Of a stretch of DNA of 64,000 nucleotides, positions 50,911 to 64,000 are shown piece by piece (the stretch's first letter is position 1; every line of letters begins with the position of its first letter). A model generated the notes under the pieces. That model made no database searches. It was not told the DNA's origin and saw only the letters and a list, made by a program, of their open reading frames with translations. Source of the stretch: Azolla caroliniana (lineage: Eukaryota > Plantae > Polypodiophyta); contig JBHGNT010000009.1 in assembly GCA_043228905.1 (NCBI GenBank), positions 18,104,001-18,168,000 on the forward strand, in the 5' to 3' direction. The position numbers and the translations under genes were made by a program.

Positions 50911-51823
50911 TGCATTTATTGCAGAGGATTGTCTGGATTAGTGCTCGGCAAACACAAACTTGACTTTCGTTATTTGTCAACTTTAGACACTACAAATATG
51001 ATTGTTTTGTATGGTAATAAGAGTTAAATTATGATAAGGGCATGTGTTTTATGATTTTAGAAAGGCACATGCTATAGTTTACAGGTTGTTAACATTAACC
51101 TAGGGCTGGTTCTAATCTCAGACTAGTTTTGCCACCTGCCCTGTGTTAATGTTAATAAGGCGAAGATAAAAAAGAACACAGTGTGCCAGGCGATGGACAT
51201 GAGCAAGTAAATTCTACACATCAGAGGGTGGAGATAGTTGGACTTGCAATTTGCTTCCTCAGTGATCACACATTCAGTGGAAGCGATCACATGCTGCTCG
51301 GTTTTGAGACAATTAGACCAGAAAAACAAGACAGAATAATTTTTTACCCGACGAAAACTAGAAAGAGAATATTCTACGGTCCAAAGAAAGAGAAAAAATG
51401 AAAAATAAGAAAACGAGTGCATCGCAGCCGTTGAGAAAAAACATTTCTAGAAAAATAAAAGGACGGCATCCAGCCCATCGAAGCCGTGCGCCGTCGGATG
51501 GACGTCAGGATCCAACGACCCACGATTGCTTACTTACAACGCAAACTGTCTTCTGCCCATTTCCTGACAGAGAAACATCAGTTGCAAGAATTTCGAACAC
51601 ACAGAGAGAGAGAGAGAGCGCGAGAAGGAGCTTTGAACACCATCGCCATCCTGCTCAACCCATTGAACAGCAGTTGCCTTGTAGGGTAAGGAGGAACCAA
51701 CATTCTTATATGGAAATGATAATTACCTGCAGAATCCTACCTTATCAATCGTATACTAGTTAGTAGGTGGGACATCACCTTCACCTGCCTCGGCTTCAAT
51801 TGACGATCAATCCAACCCAGACT

Positions 51824-54441
51824 ATGGTTGCTGCTAGCGTGGGCAGAGATACCCAAATCAGTCGTAATGATGAATTCGCAGGATTATTATTAGATGAGAA
51901 GGAGGTGGAAGACTTCCAACAGTTGGTGCTTCAATTGCTCCACCAAACAGAAGAAGATCAATCAATCAGAGCTGACTCCTTGGAGCTTCCCATCACTTCA
52001 ACCTCCGACGACAATGTGGACTTATATGCAGATGAGCTGGAGCAATTACTGCTCCTGCATCAGGAAAATCAAGAGATACCTGAACCTCTGACATCCGCAG
52101 GTCAATTAGGAGCTTCCAATATCAGTCGATGTGTAGGAGTAAAAAAGTAAACAAGTTTCTGAATCTTTTTGGGATGATAAAGCTGTAGAGGGTTCCGCAG
52201 AAGCTCCCGTCACATCTTTCTGCGACAATTATGCAGAGGAGCTGGTCATCATGCTTGATGAGGATCACGAAATACTTAAAGATATTCCTGAAGATTCTTC
52301 AGCTCCCAGCTCAGCAGGTGAATTGGGAACTTCTGCTTTCCCACTCTGTTAATATATTGCATGGACTCAATACCTAAATCATTTTCTAACTTATATCATG
52401 ACGCTGCAGCTGGTTATACAGCGCCTCCCAGGACACCATTTTCTGACAATTATGCAGAGGAGCGGGATCTTGATGAAGATCATGAAAGAATGGAATGGAG
52501 TTATGAATATCCTTCAGCTTGGACATCAGCAGGTGAATTACTAGCTTCTGCGCATAAGTACAACCTCAATCAATATGCACAAATGACTAAATAACCTCCT
52601 CCTAACTTATATGTAGATCATGAAGCTGCAGCAGGTTCTACAGAGCCTCCCATCATATCATTTTCAGAAATGTATGCAGAGGATCTGGAGCACCAATTAT
52701 TGCTCCTACTTGATACAGACCATGAAATAATCAAAGGGAGTTCTGAATATCCTCCGTCAACTACATTAGCAGGTGAATTAGTAGCTTTTGCTCATAATGG
52801 CAATGTCAATGTAGCGCATCAATGAATTGATTACATAACCATCTAACTTATATTAGATCGTAAAGCTGCAGCTGGTTCTACAGAGGCTCCCATGATACCA
52901 TTTGCTGACAATTTTGTAGAAGAGCTAGGGCATGATGAAGATCACGAAAGAATTGAATGGAATTATGAATATCCTCTAGCTCCGACATCAGCAGGTGAAT
53001 TGGTAGCTTCTGCGCATAAGCACAATACGAATCAATATGTGCAAATGACTAAATAACCTTCTAACTTATATTTAGATCATGAAGCTGCAGCAGGTTCTAT
53101 AGATCCTCCCATCACATCATTTTCAGATATGTATGCAGAGGATCTGGAGCAGCAATTACTGCTCCTTCTTGATGAAGATCATGAAATAATTGAAGGGAGC
53201 CCTGAATATCCCCCATCAACTACATCAGCAGGTGAATTAGTAGCTTCTGCTCATAACTAAAATGTCATTATAGTGGCATCCATAAATTGACTACATAACC
53301 GTCTAACTTATATTAGATCGTAAAGCTGCAGCAGGTTCTACAGATCCTCCCATCACATCATTTTCAGATATGTATGCAGAGGATATGGAGCAGCAATTAC
53401 TGCTCCTTCTTGATGAAGATCATGAAATAATCGAAGGGAGCCCTGAATATCCTCCATCAACTACATCAGCAGGTGAATTAGTAGCTTCTGCTCATAACTA
53501 AAATGTCATTATAGTGGCATCGATAAATTGACCACATAACCTTCTAACTTATATTAGATCGTAAAGCTGCAGCTGGTTCTACAGAGGCTCCAATGAATAA
53601 TGCCCAGGATGATTTTATACTTGCAGAGCTGCAGCAGCAGACAAATGGCACGGCCATCATTCAGGAGATGAAGGAAGAGTTGGATGCCATCCTGCTAAAT
53701 GCTGAAGGCGGCTTGAAAAAGCGGCTCATGACGCCAATGACCAGTACCCAATTCAAGGTTCTGGAGGCCTTCTTCAAGATGGGCCTGCCCACGTTACCAC
53801 TATGCCCTCATTGCGCGTCGAATGTCCAAGTAGAATTTCGATATTTTAACAACCGAACGAAGACTCGGTTGGTTCAGCCTCGCTTCAGCTGCAAGGTGTG
53901 CTTCACACCACCCCATTCTCCAGAGAAAGACTGGAACCAGCAAAAGCAGGAGGAGCATGTGAATAATAGGAAGAAGCTGGAGTTTACGCTTCACCAAGAG
54001 GAATTGGAAATGCTGGCTGGTGCCTGGGGAGGGCTTCATGCGCTGGTGCAACGTTTCTGGTCGATGCCACATGCCATCGAAGTTCTGGAGGCCAACAAAT
54101 TTATCCCGTGTAGCAGCCGCCACTGCAAGTCTGAGAGTCCAACCAAGTCATCGCCAAAGAGGAAGAGGAGATCGTGGGAGTCGAAGCAGGTCAATGATGG
54201 TGGTACTGCTCCTGAGAATGTGATGGATCGTCAATTGCCTCTTATGAGAGATCATCATGATGAGCATATGTTGTGGATGGAATCTTTTAATTCCATCATC
54301 GCAGCAGAGAGGCTAGGTAGTTCTGCTGCCTATACCTCCAGCACTACTAATCCTAACAATAATGATAGTGATTGGTATTATGATTACTATATGAGTTGGA
54401 ACAATCTAAACAATAACAACATTGCTGCTTTCACTTGGTAA
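51824..54441 (+). CDS. Divergent Dof-like zinc-finger protein with acidic exon repeats, ~647 aa; exons 51824-52100, 52189-52317, 52410-52532, 52632-52772, 52872-52994, 53091-53231, 53332-53472, 53573-54441
   Basis: All introns are GT-AG and phase 1, and most carry a CTAAC branch point. Internal exons are 129/123/141/123/141/141 nt and stop-free. The last exon has CPHC..FRYFNN..QPRFSCKVC. Confidence 0.78.
51960..53600 (+). repeat. ~220-240-bp exon+intron tandem array, about 7 units
   Basis: Recurrent AAGCTGCAG..GGTTCTACAGA and CATCAGCAGGTGAATT. Confidence 0.92.
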
Positions 54442-55339
54442 CTATCTTCTCAACTGCATTAATATAATTACCAAGTTTGCTCACTAAAGGGGTTGACCTG
54501 CTAATGATGTTTGATATCGTTAAATGTTTGATGTTATATATAGTTAAAGGTTTGACCTACTTAGTTCAGAATTATCAGTCATTAATTCTTTTCTTAAATT
54601 AAGTATTATTTATTTTACGGTCTTGTGTGTGATGCTTGCTTGCCTAGTTGATTGCAGTAATATATACAAGATATGTTGTGTTCCTCAAGCTTCTTGTAAT
54701 TCGTTCTTTTTTAATCTCATCCATTACTTCTGTTAATGTTTTTTTTTCATAACTGATTGTCAACTGGTTGGGTTTTTGTTAATTTATTAAACAAGGCATT
54801 TCAGCTAAATATATATGTACAACACATTCTATTTGGTCTTGCTTCTGACAATCTTGTTCATTATAAAGTTCGCACAGGGGAAACGACAGACTGAAACGTA
54901 CATACATTTTTAAGCTTTGAATTTTCCAATGTTTGCAGAATGCAAGGAGTGGTAGTATCTTTACTGTTGATGTACAATATGTGTGCCATGGAATTGTACA
55001 ATTGCCCTGTATTGTTAAAGATATCTCCCACACTTTCATGGACATCTGGCTACCACCTAGCCGTGATTGTTTCACGTCAAGCAGCTCGGAAACAACCTAT
55101 CACTAGATGATGGCAATCCAACTTTTGTGAACACATATATATATTAGACGTGATGTCTGATCAGGCTGCAAATACCATACTCAGATATGTAATGTCTAAT
55201 ATGGTTGTGTTGTACCGTGAACTTCTCTACGCGTGGATTGATGATGTTGATTCTTGTTATTTTAACATCTGGACCAAGAAACATCAGACCGTTGTCAGAG
55301 AAAGAAGAGAAGTGGAGCAACATGAGGAGAAGTAGTAGT

Positions 55340-55700
55340 AACAGCAGAAATAGGGGAAAGAAGTCACAATTCGTGATTCGGTTTCGAAATTTGCAGAGTC
55401 CAAATTTCACGACCAATTCCAGAAGAAGAGCTGATGGACATCTTCTTGGACATGATACGTGAGCCTCTCCGAACAACTCTAGCGTTGCTCAATGTTTGGA
55501 ATCAATCACTAGAGGAGGTGATAGATAAAGCTTGAGCAATGGATCGTACTAATAATAGTATGAATATGTCAACATTACACAGATATTTACCTCCATTAGA
55601 AGATTTGCGGTTCCGACAAGCGGTGCAATGTACCACTTGTCTCAACACCGGCCATTGGATGATGAAATGCAGTTTATGTACATTGTACGATTTGCTATTT
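55340..55700 (+). mobile_element. Degraded gag fragment related to the Athila-like family
   Basis: QFVIRF..EEEL..IREPLRT..EDLRFRQAVQCTTCLNTGH matches the gag at 23700-24010 (-). Confidence 0.8.
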
Positions 55701-55967
55701 GTTATGAGGTAAATAAGCCTAAAAATGAAAAAAAAAAAACACAAGAATGTTTGAATAACATTCGCATTCGTTTTCCAACGTAGGAAAACGAATGTTATGT
55801 TAGACGAACACGTATTTTACGTAGTATGAGTCGGAGTATTTATAGATTTATATTTAGTTTTGACAAGAAGGGAATGATTGGATTAGACTTAGTCCAACCT
55901 ATGAAGGGTCTTGGTAGTTGGAATAGTTGGGGATCAGTAATTGATTATCTAACGTTATTCTTATTAT

Positions 55968-56273
55968 TGTTCAATTTTCTTAGCCTCTCCAATCTGCAAG
56001 GTGCGCCAGTCTTAATTTGTCCCTCCTATTATTTGGCAGTTAGGATTAGTTAAAATGAATAAAACAAGACTCGTGCAAACTTCATTAGATTGAACATATT
56101 TCGAACAATTAGAAAGTTGAGTTTACCCTGCACAAACCCACAACCAAATCAACAATAAAAGTATCCATTCCTGTTTCTCCACTCCTTTAACTAGTCATCA
56201 CAGTTCCCAACCCAGCCTTCTTCAACATCTTTACCGCCTCTCTTCTCTCAGATATTGAGCCTATTTTAGTTCA
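55968..56273 (-). pseudogene. ENO: Enolase 3' pseudo-exons, copy 2
   Basis: Paralogue of 36490-36790 (GQIKTGAPCR, KKAGLG). Confidence 0.75.
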
Positions 56274-56384
56274 CCTCCACATATAGCTTACATTTCAGTA
56301 ATAAAAAGGAATCCAAAACCCACGAAATCCTTGCATATCTAGCAAAAATTTGCCAAACATTGAGCAAAAATCCACCAAATTCAC

Positions 56385-59300
56385 ATGCAACCACCATCAC
56401 ACCCCTCTATTCAGCCTCTGTGCCGGAAAGAGCGACAATCAGTTGCCTCTTACTGCTCCATGATATTGCTCTGTTGCTGATGGAGAAAACAAAATACGGA
56501 TGTCGATCGTCTAATGGTGCTATAACTGGCCAAGTCGTCATCTATGTACCCTTCGAGTCAAATTGGCTATAGAGAATGTCGTAGTCCATCGTTCCACTCA
56601 CATATCGTACCATTTGCTTACCACGACAAAGGTTTCTTCATAGTCGACTCCATGTGTTTGTGCATATGCTTTTGCTACGAGTCGGGCTTTATAGCGATTG
56701 ATAGAGCCATCAACATTATGCTTCACCTTGAATATCCCTCTACAACCGATTGCCTTCTTGTGAGGTGAGTGGAGGACGAGATCCCATGTCTCATTCTTAG
56801 AGAGAGCTTGCATCTCCTTGTTCATCGCCTCAATTCATCGCGGATCTTTAGTGGCTTCAGTAAAGCTCTCCGGTTCACGAACAACTACTACCTTCATCAT
56901 AAAGGCATAATGGTATGCCATGTAATCGTTATAGCCGAATCGACTAACTGGGTTCTTTTCTTGGGTGGAGCGACGAAGTTTTTCGTTTGTTGTGGCAATA
57001 GCTTTCTTCACTACACTGTCCTCATGATAGGCACATCAAAAGCACCAAACTCACTGTCGAGTGAGTCACTTGATTTATTGCCTTCATATTGTTTGTCTTC
57101 ATATTCTGGCATTTCGGTCTTCCCTTTGCCCATCTTTGGACTTGGCGAGATGTGCTTTGGTCGCTTTGAGGCTCTTGTGGTCTGCTCAATCTGATATGGA
57201 GAGACCTCTGCATCAGTATTGACCTTAGTCGATCATCATCTTCAGTGTCATGAAGGTCGACTGGAAAAGGTTCAGGAGGAATTGGTTCAGGTTCGTATCA
57301 TAATGCCGATTGGCCAAAGACTAGATCTCGGCCTACGCGAACCTTCAGAGTAGAGGGGTTGTTTACTCCTTTTTCTACAGTGAGTATCGTACGAGGACAC
57401 ATTTATTCAACTTGGGGTCTAGGGTTTGCCGTTTTTTGTTGGGGATGTGATGTATGCATTAGAGCCGAATATCCTTACATGGGATATATCTTACTTCTTT
57501 CCATAGTACTTCTCATGAGGGGTGACCTTGTGCACATCGGATGTTGTACATCGGTTCATTAGGTAGACGGCAGTGCATGCTGCTTCGGCCCACTATGACT
57601 TCGACATAGGCTTCTCGTTCATCATGGTCCGCGCTACTTCGAGGATGTGTTGTTTTATGCATTTGGCCTCTCCATTTATACCGATTTAGAGCCATTAGCA
57701 TTATGCTTCACCTTGAATATCCGTCTACAGCTGATTGCCTTCTTGTGAGGTGAGTGGAGGACAAGATCCCATGTTTAATTCTTAGAGAGAGCTTGCGTCT
57801 CCTCAATTCATTGCGGATCTTTAGTGGCTTCAGTAAAGGTCTCTGGTTCATGAACAACTACCACCTTCATCACAAAGGCATAATGGCATGCCATGTAATC
57901 GTTATAGCCGAATCGACTAACTATGTTCCTTTCTTGGGTGGAGCGAAGAAGTTTTTTATTTGTTGTGGCAATAGCTTTCTTCATTGCACTGTCCTCATGA
58001 TAGGCACATCAAAAGCACCAAACTCATTGTCGAGTGAGTCGCTTGATTTGTTGCCGTCAGATTGATCGTCTTCATATTTTGGCATTTCGGTCTTCCCTTT
58101 GCCCATCTTTGGACTCGGCGAAATGCGCTTTGGTTCCTTTGAGGCTTTTGTGGTCTACTCAATCTGGTGTAGAGAGACCTCTACTTGAGTATTGACCTTA
58201 GTCGATCATCATCTTCAGTGTCATCAAGGTCGGCTAGAAAAGGTTCAGGAGGAGTTGGCTCAAGTTCGTACCATGATGCTGATTGGCCAAAGACTATATC
58301 TCTGCCTACGCGAACCTTTTGAGTACACGGGTTGAAGCATTTGTACCCCTTTTTCTCTAGTGAGTATCCTACAAGGACACATTTCTTCAACTTGTAGTGT
58401 AGCTTTTGCCGCTTTTCGTTGGGGATGTGCACGTATGCATTAGAGCCGAATATCCTTACATGGGATAGATCCGACTTCTTTCCATAGTACTTCTCATGAA
58501 GGGTGACCTTGTGCACATAAGATGTTGTACATTCATTCATTAGGTAGACAACAATGCATGTTGCTTCGGCCCACTATGACTTCGACATATGCTTCTCGTT
58601 TATCATGGTCTGTGCTTTGAGGATGTGCCGATTTATGCAATTGGATTCTCCATTCTGTTGTGGTGTATGTCAACACTAAAATTCACATCGGATTCCTTCT
58701 TGTCGAATGTATGTCATGTATGCATCGAAGAAGTATTCCTTGTCTCCATCTGACTAAAGCCATCGTACATGCTAGCCGGTTGTTTTTTCGACTTCGCTTT
58801 TGAATTTTTGGAAGAGGTGTGTGAACACTTCGCTCTTCTACCTCATGGGAAAGATCCAGATGTGCATGGAGAAGTTGTCGATGAGAGTGATGTAATATCG
58901 ACAGTCGCCGAATGTAGTCGTTTGAGCAGGTCCCCGCACATATGAGTGGATTATGTCCAATACGCCTTTGATCACATTTCGTTCTTTTGGAAATGGGTGT
59001 TGATGTTGTTTGCCGAATTGGCAATCTTCACATACATCTTCAATCTCTTTCTCTTTGAAGGTCAGGAACCCGATGACAATACCTTTTGATTGCATCCCTT
59101 TGAGCTTTTGGAGGTTGATGTGGCCTATTCTCTTGTTCCACAACTCTATGTTTGTGTCGGCTTTGAGGCCCTTTACAAACATCGCCGATTTTACATCGTT
59201 TGGCTTGAGGATAAACATTCAGCCCTCCCTTCAACCACAAGCGGTGAGTCGGCCTTCCTTCTCAATGAAGCAACTACCTTGGTTGAATCGGACTTACATA

Positions 59301-60660
59301 CCTTACTCAGACCAATTTCTTCGTTCTGGTCGGTACGTGCAAGACGTTTTTGATGCAAGTTTACTCGCCTTCTTTCCCAAATGGGCCATTGCCGAATGTG
59401 TAGTTTCATCTCCGGTCTCGACATAGCCGAGTCGATCCGACTCTCATAGGTTTCAGAACCAATCTTGATGTGACATCATATGGTTTGATGCACTAGAGTC
59501 GACAAACCATACGCCTTCTGGATTAGAGGTGTTGTTCGGGCCGGAGGCCCACATAAAATTCACTCTATGTCTCTTTACGAAAAATTCACCATAATTATTG
59601 TATTTAGAGGAGTTGACATTATTGGTGAGTTGCTAGCTTGTAGAAGCCTACTCACGCTTCCTCTTTCGGCACTCTTCTTCGTGGTGGCTGATTTTACCAC
59701 AATATCCACAATCGATTGAGTTGTTTTCTCAGCTTAGTCCTACATGGAAGCCCCCCCTTCTTTCGAACGTTCCTCTTCAGTTTACACCGTCTTGCCGGTA
59801 ATGGGAGTTGTTTTCATAGGTTGAAGCTCGTCTTCCTCGTCCTTGGCCGAATTGGCCTCTTCTTGCATGGTCGTGTTCTCTTCCTCCATCCGCGTGTGTA
59901 GAGCATGTGGCCTTCTAAGGCGTTGCTCCTTGTTCGTACAGGATTTTCTTCAACCGACAACATTGATTGAAGATCCAAGAAAGAGGGAGGATTCTCTCTT
60001 GCTAGGACGATGGTTCTCATCGTACCGAACCATGGTGCGAGATTGTCTAGGCATATTTGCACCATCTTATCATCCTCCACATTGACGCTTATTGGGTCAA
60101 GTGAATCACAAAGCTCCTTGATCTTCAAGGTGTAGTTTGTGATGGACATGGCCCTTTGAAGCTTTCTTGTAATTTTGTTGGCCGTAAAAATCGTCTGTTG
60201 ATTCTTCCACGCTTCCTTCAACGTCTTGGCTTCTCAAATGTAGCCGAGCATGTGGTCATGGACACATGTCTCCAAGCAATACATTACTCGACTTGTTGCT
60301 TGCTCCCACCCATGTTGAGTTGTCAGCATCCTTAGGGTCACGTTTGTTTTCATGGGGTCCTTTGATATAGCTCCAATAACCTTGGCCGACAAGGTATTGG
60401 TGCATATATCAACTTCTTGTTAGGGAGAGAACTACCCATTTGAGTACTCATTATGTCGATGCACATTTACTTGTTGTCGTTTTTCTTCGTCCTTAGACAC
60501 GAACTATGTAGTGGCACTACTCTAGAGGATAGCCAAATTTGTCGTCGGTGTATCGAACACACAATCACTATGAGTGGGGTGGGCTTAGTATATATGCTAA
60601 ATCACATGCTCTAATAGCATGTAAATAATTAGCTAGAGTAATTATGTTATGTGAAATAGA
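56385..60660 (-). mobile_element. Degraded Copia, paralogue of 26977-30045, with an internal ~1-kb tandem duplication
   Basis: SWSSKRQ, KARLVAK and LWNKRIGH motifs. 56690-57680 is repeated at 57685-58650. Confidence 0.85.
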
Positions 60661-63595
60661 TTAGAGATGTGTATGTTAAAGAGGAATTGAACCTTGTCAA
60701 GGACGAAACGATGTGGGTGGTCGACTCCAAAATGTCATTTCACTTGACCCGTGACCGGAAATGCTTCTCATCATACACAACCGGAGACCACGGTCTTGTG
60801 AAAATGGGAAATGAAGGAGCACGTCAAATCATTAGCATAGGAGGCGTGTGTTTGATGGTATCACTCGGGTGCAGATTGGTATTGAAAAATGTGCAACACG
60901 TTCGAGAGGTCAAATTGAATCTCATATCGGCCGGTCGACTAGATGATGAAGGCTACATGAGTAGCTTATTGAACGACACTCTAAAATTCTTCAAGGGAAT
61001 CCTGATTGTGGCCCGAGCTCAGAAGACAAACACATTGTATTTGATGTATGCTCGATTATGCCGAGAGGAAGTAAATGTGGCAGTCGACACAACCGAGGAG
61101 TTGTGGCACAAGAGGCTATGCCATATGAGTGAGAAGGGGATGCAAAAGTTTGCCGAGGATAACCTCATTTCGGAGGTGAAGAATGTGCAACTTGATAAGT
61201 GTACCGATTGCTTGGCCAGCAAGCAAGTAGTACAGAGCCTCTTTTCGATCCATGCCCCCAAAGACGAAGAAGATGTCATTGGAACTCACGCATACAGATA
61301 CATGTTACGTAGATACAAAGTTTCATGTTCGGTCACAATAGTTTGTGACCGTTATAGACGACTGTAGCCGAAAGTTGTGGGCTTCCATATTGAAGACCAA
61401 GGACCAGGTGTTGTCGGTCTTCAAGGAGTTCCAAGCGAGAGCCGTCAGAGAGACCGGCCGGAAATTGAAAGCGGTTCGAGCGGATAATGGAGGTGGATAT
61501 CAAGGGCGATTCAAAGAGTACTGTCGTTCGAAGGGAATTCGGCTCGAATACTTCGTGCCGAAGACTCTAGAGCTTAACAAGCTAGCCTGAGAGAATGAAC
61601 CGGACCACAACGTGTATTATTGAAAAAGGGAGGGTCTTTGTAATGGCTATTGGGGCTATGTTTTTGCGAAAGAAAAGAAAAGGAAAAAATTTGACTTGAA
61701 AAGCCCTAAGTGCGCAGCTTGATTAAGTGCACACTTTTCCCTTGCGTTCAAAGTGTACCGAAAATTGCACTTCAATTCTTCGGAGGCTGAGAATTTGTCT
61801 TCTTCTCAAGCCTTGTGCATGCATGTATGCAAGAAGAATTTACTGGTTATCCCTCACTAAGCTAAATGACATCTGAAACCAAAGATGAGTTGCTCATGTG
61901 CTGGAATCGAGCGATGTTGTTCAATATATTCTCATGGAGTGGATATTAGAACTTGGGTTGTCTCCTGTGCTGGAATGTCAGTTTATCGACATTTTTCTAA
62001 AATAAAAGATGTTAATGTATGAGCTGGCTTTACACTTTACAATGTGAAATATTTGACATGGTTTTTTACAAGCATAAACTGCAGGACTATTCCATATGGG
62101 TTGAATGGGTGGTAAGTGGATGTGGAATCTATTGTTTGTTGGTGTGCTGGAGTGAAGCAGTGAGGAAATAAACTGTTTGCATTTTGGGTGCCCTTGTGCA
62201 GATCATTGAATGTGAATGATGATCTGGTTTTACACAACGAACCTATCAATTGACCATAGTGAAAGTTTCGTGTATATTGACCATAGTGAAAGTTTTAACC
62301 ACGCTGCCTATCAAAGTCATAAATTATCATGTATGGGTCCAGCAATGGCACATCTCAATGCTTGAATAAATTGACCTGTTCCTACATGTTTTATGTATAG
62401 CCTCGTTCTCTACCCTTAATTGCAATTTGGCATTGGAATCATGTGATTTGTACAGAGGGACATGCATATCTCCATGCCTCCATTACAGATATCCTTAATT
62501 GCAATTTGGCATCGGAATCATGTGATTTATATAGAGGGCCCGGGGCATGCATATCTCCATGCCTCCATTACAAATTGTATGTTGTCTTTCTTCTGTTGAA
62601 TGCATGTCTACATGCCTCCATTACAGAACACGTAATATAAATTGATTGAAATCATCCACGGTAAATAGAAATGGACAAAACATATTGCAATGATGCCTAC
62701 TTCACAGCCTTACAGCATGACATAAATCAGTTGGTAGCTTCCAGAGTAAAAACATATAAAGAGACAAATCAGAGGTGAATTAGGACTACATTGTTCAAAT
62801 TTGGATTCAAACAAGGCCTAATACACAGCCTTCCTATTGAGGCTTCTCTCCCTTTTGTATACATAATTAACACAAAAAAATGGATCAAAAAATACCATTG
62901 GTTTTGATAGTTATTTAGGGCAACACCATCAATTTTGCCTGTTATTTAATTTAATGCTAGTTTTACTAGCAATCCGTTAGGCTAAACTTGAATCAAAGAA
63001 TGATCCATCGGGAGCATATCGTCCACTTCCAGTAATTTATTATACAACGTTATTGTTCTTATTATTCAATTTTCTTAGCCTCTCTGATCTGCAAGGTGCG
63101 CCAGGCTTAATTTGTCCCTGCTATTATTTTGCAGTTAAAATTAGTGAAAACGAATAAAATAACACTCACACAAACTTCAATAGATTGAACATTTCGAACA
63201 CTTAGAAAGCTGAGTTTACCATGCACAAACCCAGAGCCAAATCAGCAGCAATAAAAGTATCCATTCCTGTTTCTCCACTCCTGTGACAAGTCATCACAGT
63301 TCCCCAACCAGCCTGCTTCAACATCTTTACCCCCTCTATGCTCTCAGATACTGAACCTATTTTGGTTCACCTACACATATAGCTTACATTTCAGTTATAA
63401 ATAGGAATCGAGAGCCCACTAAATTCTTGCGTATCTAGCAAAAAATTGCCAAACATTGAGCCAAAATCCACCAAATTCTTTGCAAATCCACACACACAGA
63501 GAATATAAGTAAACTTTGAAAGAAGTAATATAATAAGGGAAATGTGAAAAATAGAACTTGTTACAACACGGATGGAAGGTTTATAAAGTGTCTTT
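56620..63595 (+). repeat. Segmental duplication of ~26977-37140
   Basis: Collinear blocks (Copia -, Copia +, unique spacers, enolase exons), roughly 90-95% identical by eye. Confidence 0.88.
60661..61600 (+). mobile_element. Tnt1-like Copia fragment, paralogue of 30046-33365 without the PLE
   Basis: Near-identical translation, continuous through AVRETGRKLK. Confidence 0.88.
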
Positions 63596-63893
63596 TAGAA
63601 ACTAATAAGGTGTCTATGTATTTAACGTGTGTGAACATTAGAATATATTGAAACAACTAAGAGCTTGTCTCTTGGGTTTGTCACACTTTTAGCGTTGGGT
63701 TTGTGACCAAACGATCAATCTCCAACAATCTGGACTTTTTCACCAACTTGTGCAGTGAACTTGCTGTAGTGCTCCCAATCATCTTTGGTCAAATTGGTCT
63801 TCAATTGACCCGATCGGATACTGCTCAATGAAGGACTTAGTACAGATCAATTCAATTGATCTCCAGTTATATTTTGGCTGCCATTACTGTTCT
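63062..63893 (-). pseudogene. ENO: Enolase pseudogene fragment, copy 3 (includes the upstream IED..DWEHY..VQIVGD..VTNP exon)
   Basis: Frameshifted enolase C-terminal motifs (HRSGET, GQIKPGAPCRSERL). The RV.KAI exon is deleted. Confidence 0.85.
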
Positions 63894-64000
63894 AAGCATA
63901 AAAGAAAACATAATACAACTTCAGAATATAAAGCACGGATCGGAATGGTAACAAAATGAGTGGATATACCTGCATAATATAAAGCACAGATCATAATGGT

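Noticed and set aside
51960-53600. CRISPR-like repeat-spacer array
   Set aside because: Whole units are homologous and carry splice signals and open exons; the context is eukaryotic and there are no cas genes.

Overview
Plant nuclear DNA, dense in transposons. The Tcn1-like chromovirus and the Penelope-like element suggest a non-seed plant such as a fern (inference). Bases 1-26.6 kb are a nest of elements. A + strand Copia is interrupted by (a) a hAT DNA transposon that itself carries an antisense LINE in intron 2 (11-bp TSD), (b) a chromodomain Gypsy (TSD ATGGC) and (c) a very young Athila-like Gypsy with an extra 3' ORF (TSD TTGCC). That Copia sits in an older minus-strand Copia. Bases ~27-37.1 kb are a segmental duplicate of ~56.6-63.6 kb (Copia relics plus enolase pseudo-exons). 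Only the left copy carries a solo LTR and a Penelope-like retroelement, which has a type I hammerhead ribozyme and is flanked by a 127-bp duplication. The only apparently intact host gene is an 8-exon, ~647-aa divergent Dof-like zinc-finger gene (51824-54441). Its N-terminal half is built from tandemly amplified, symmetric phase-1 acidic exons. About 10 kb upstream, an inverted duplication of its zinc-finger exon (41490-41989) could form a silencing hairpin RNA. All calls come from manual reading; no searches or folding programs were run.
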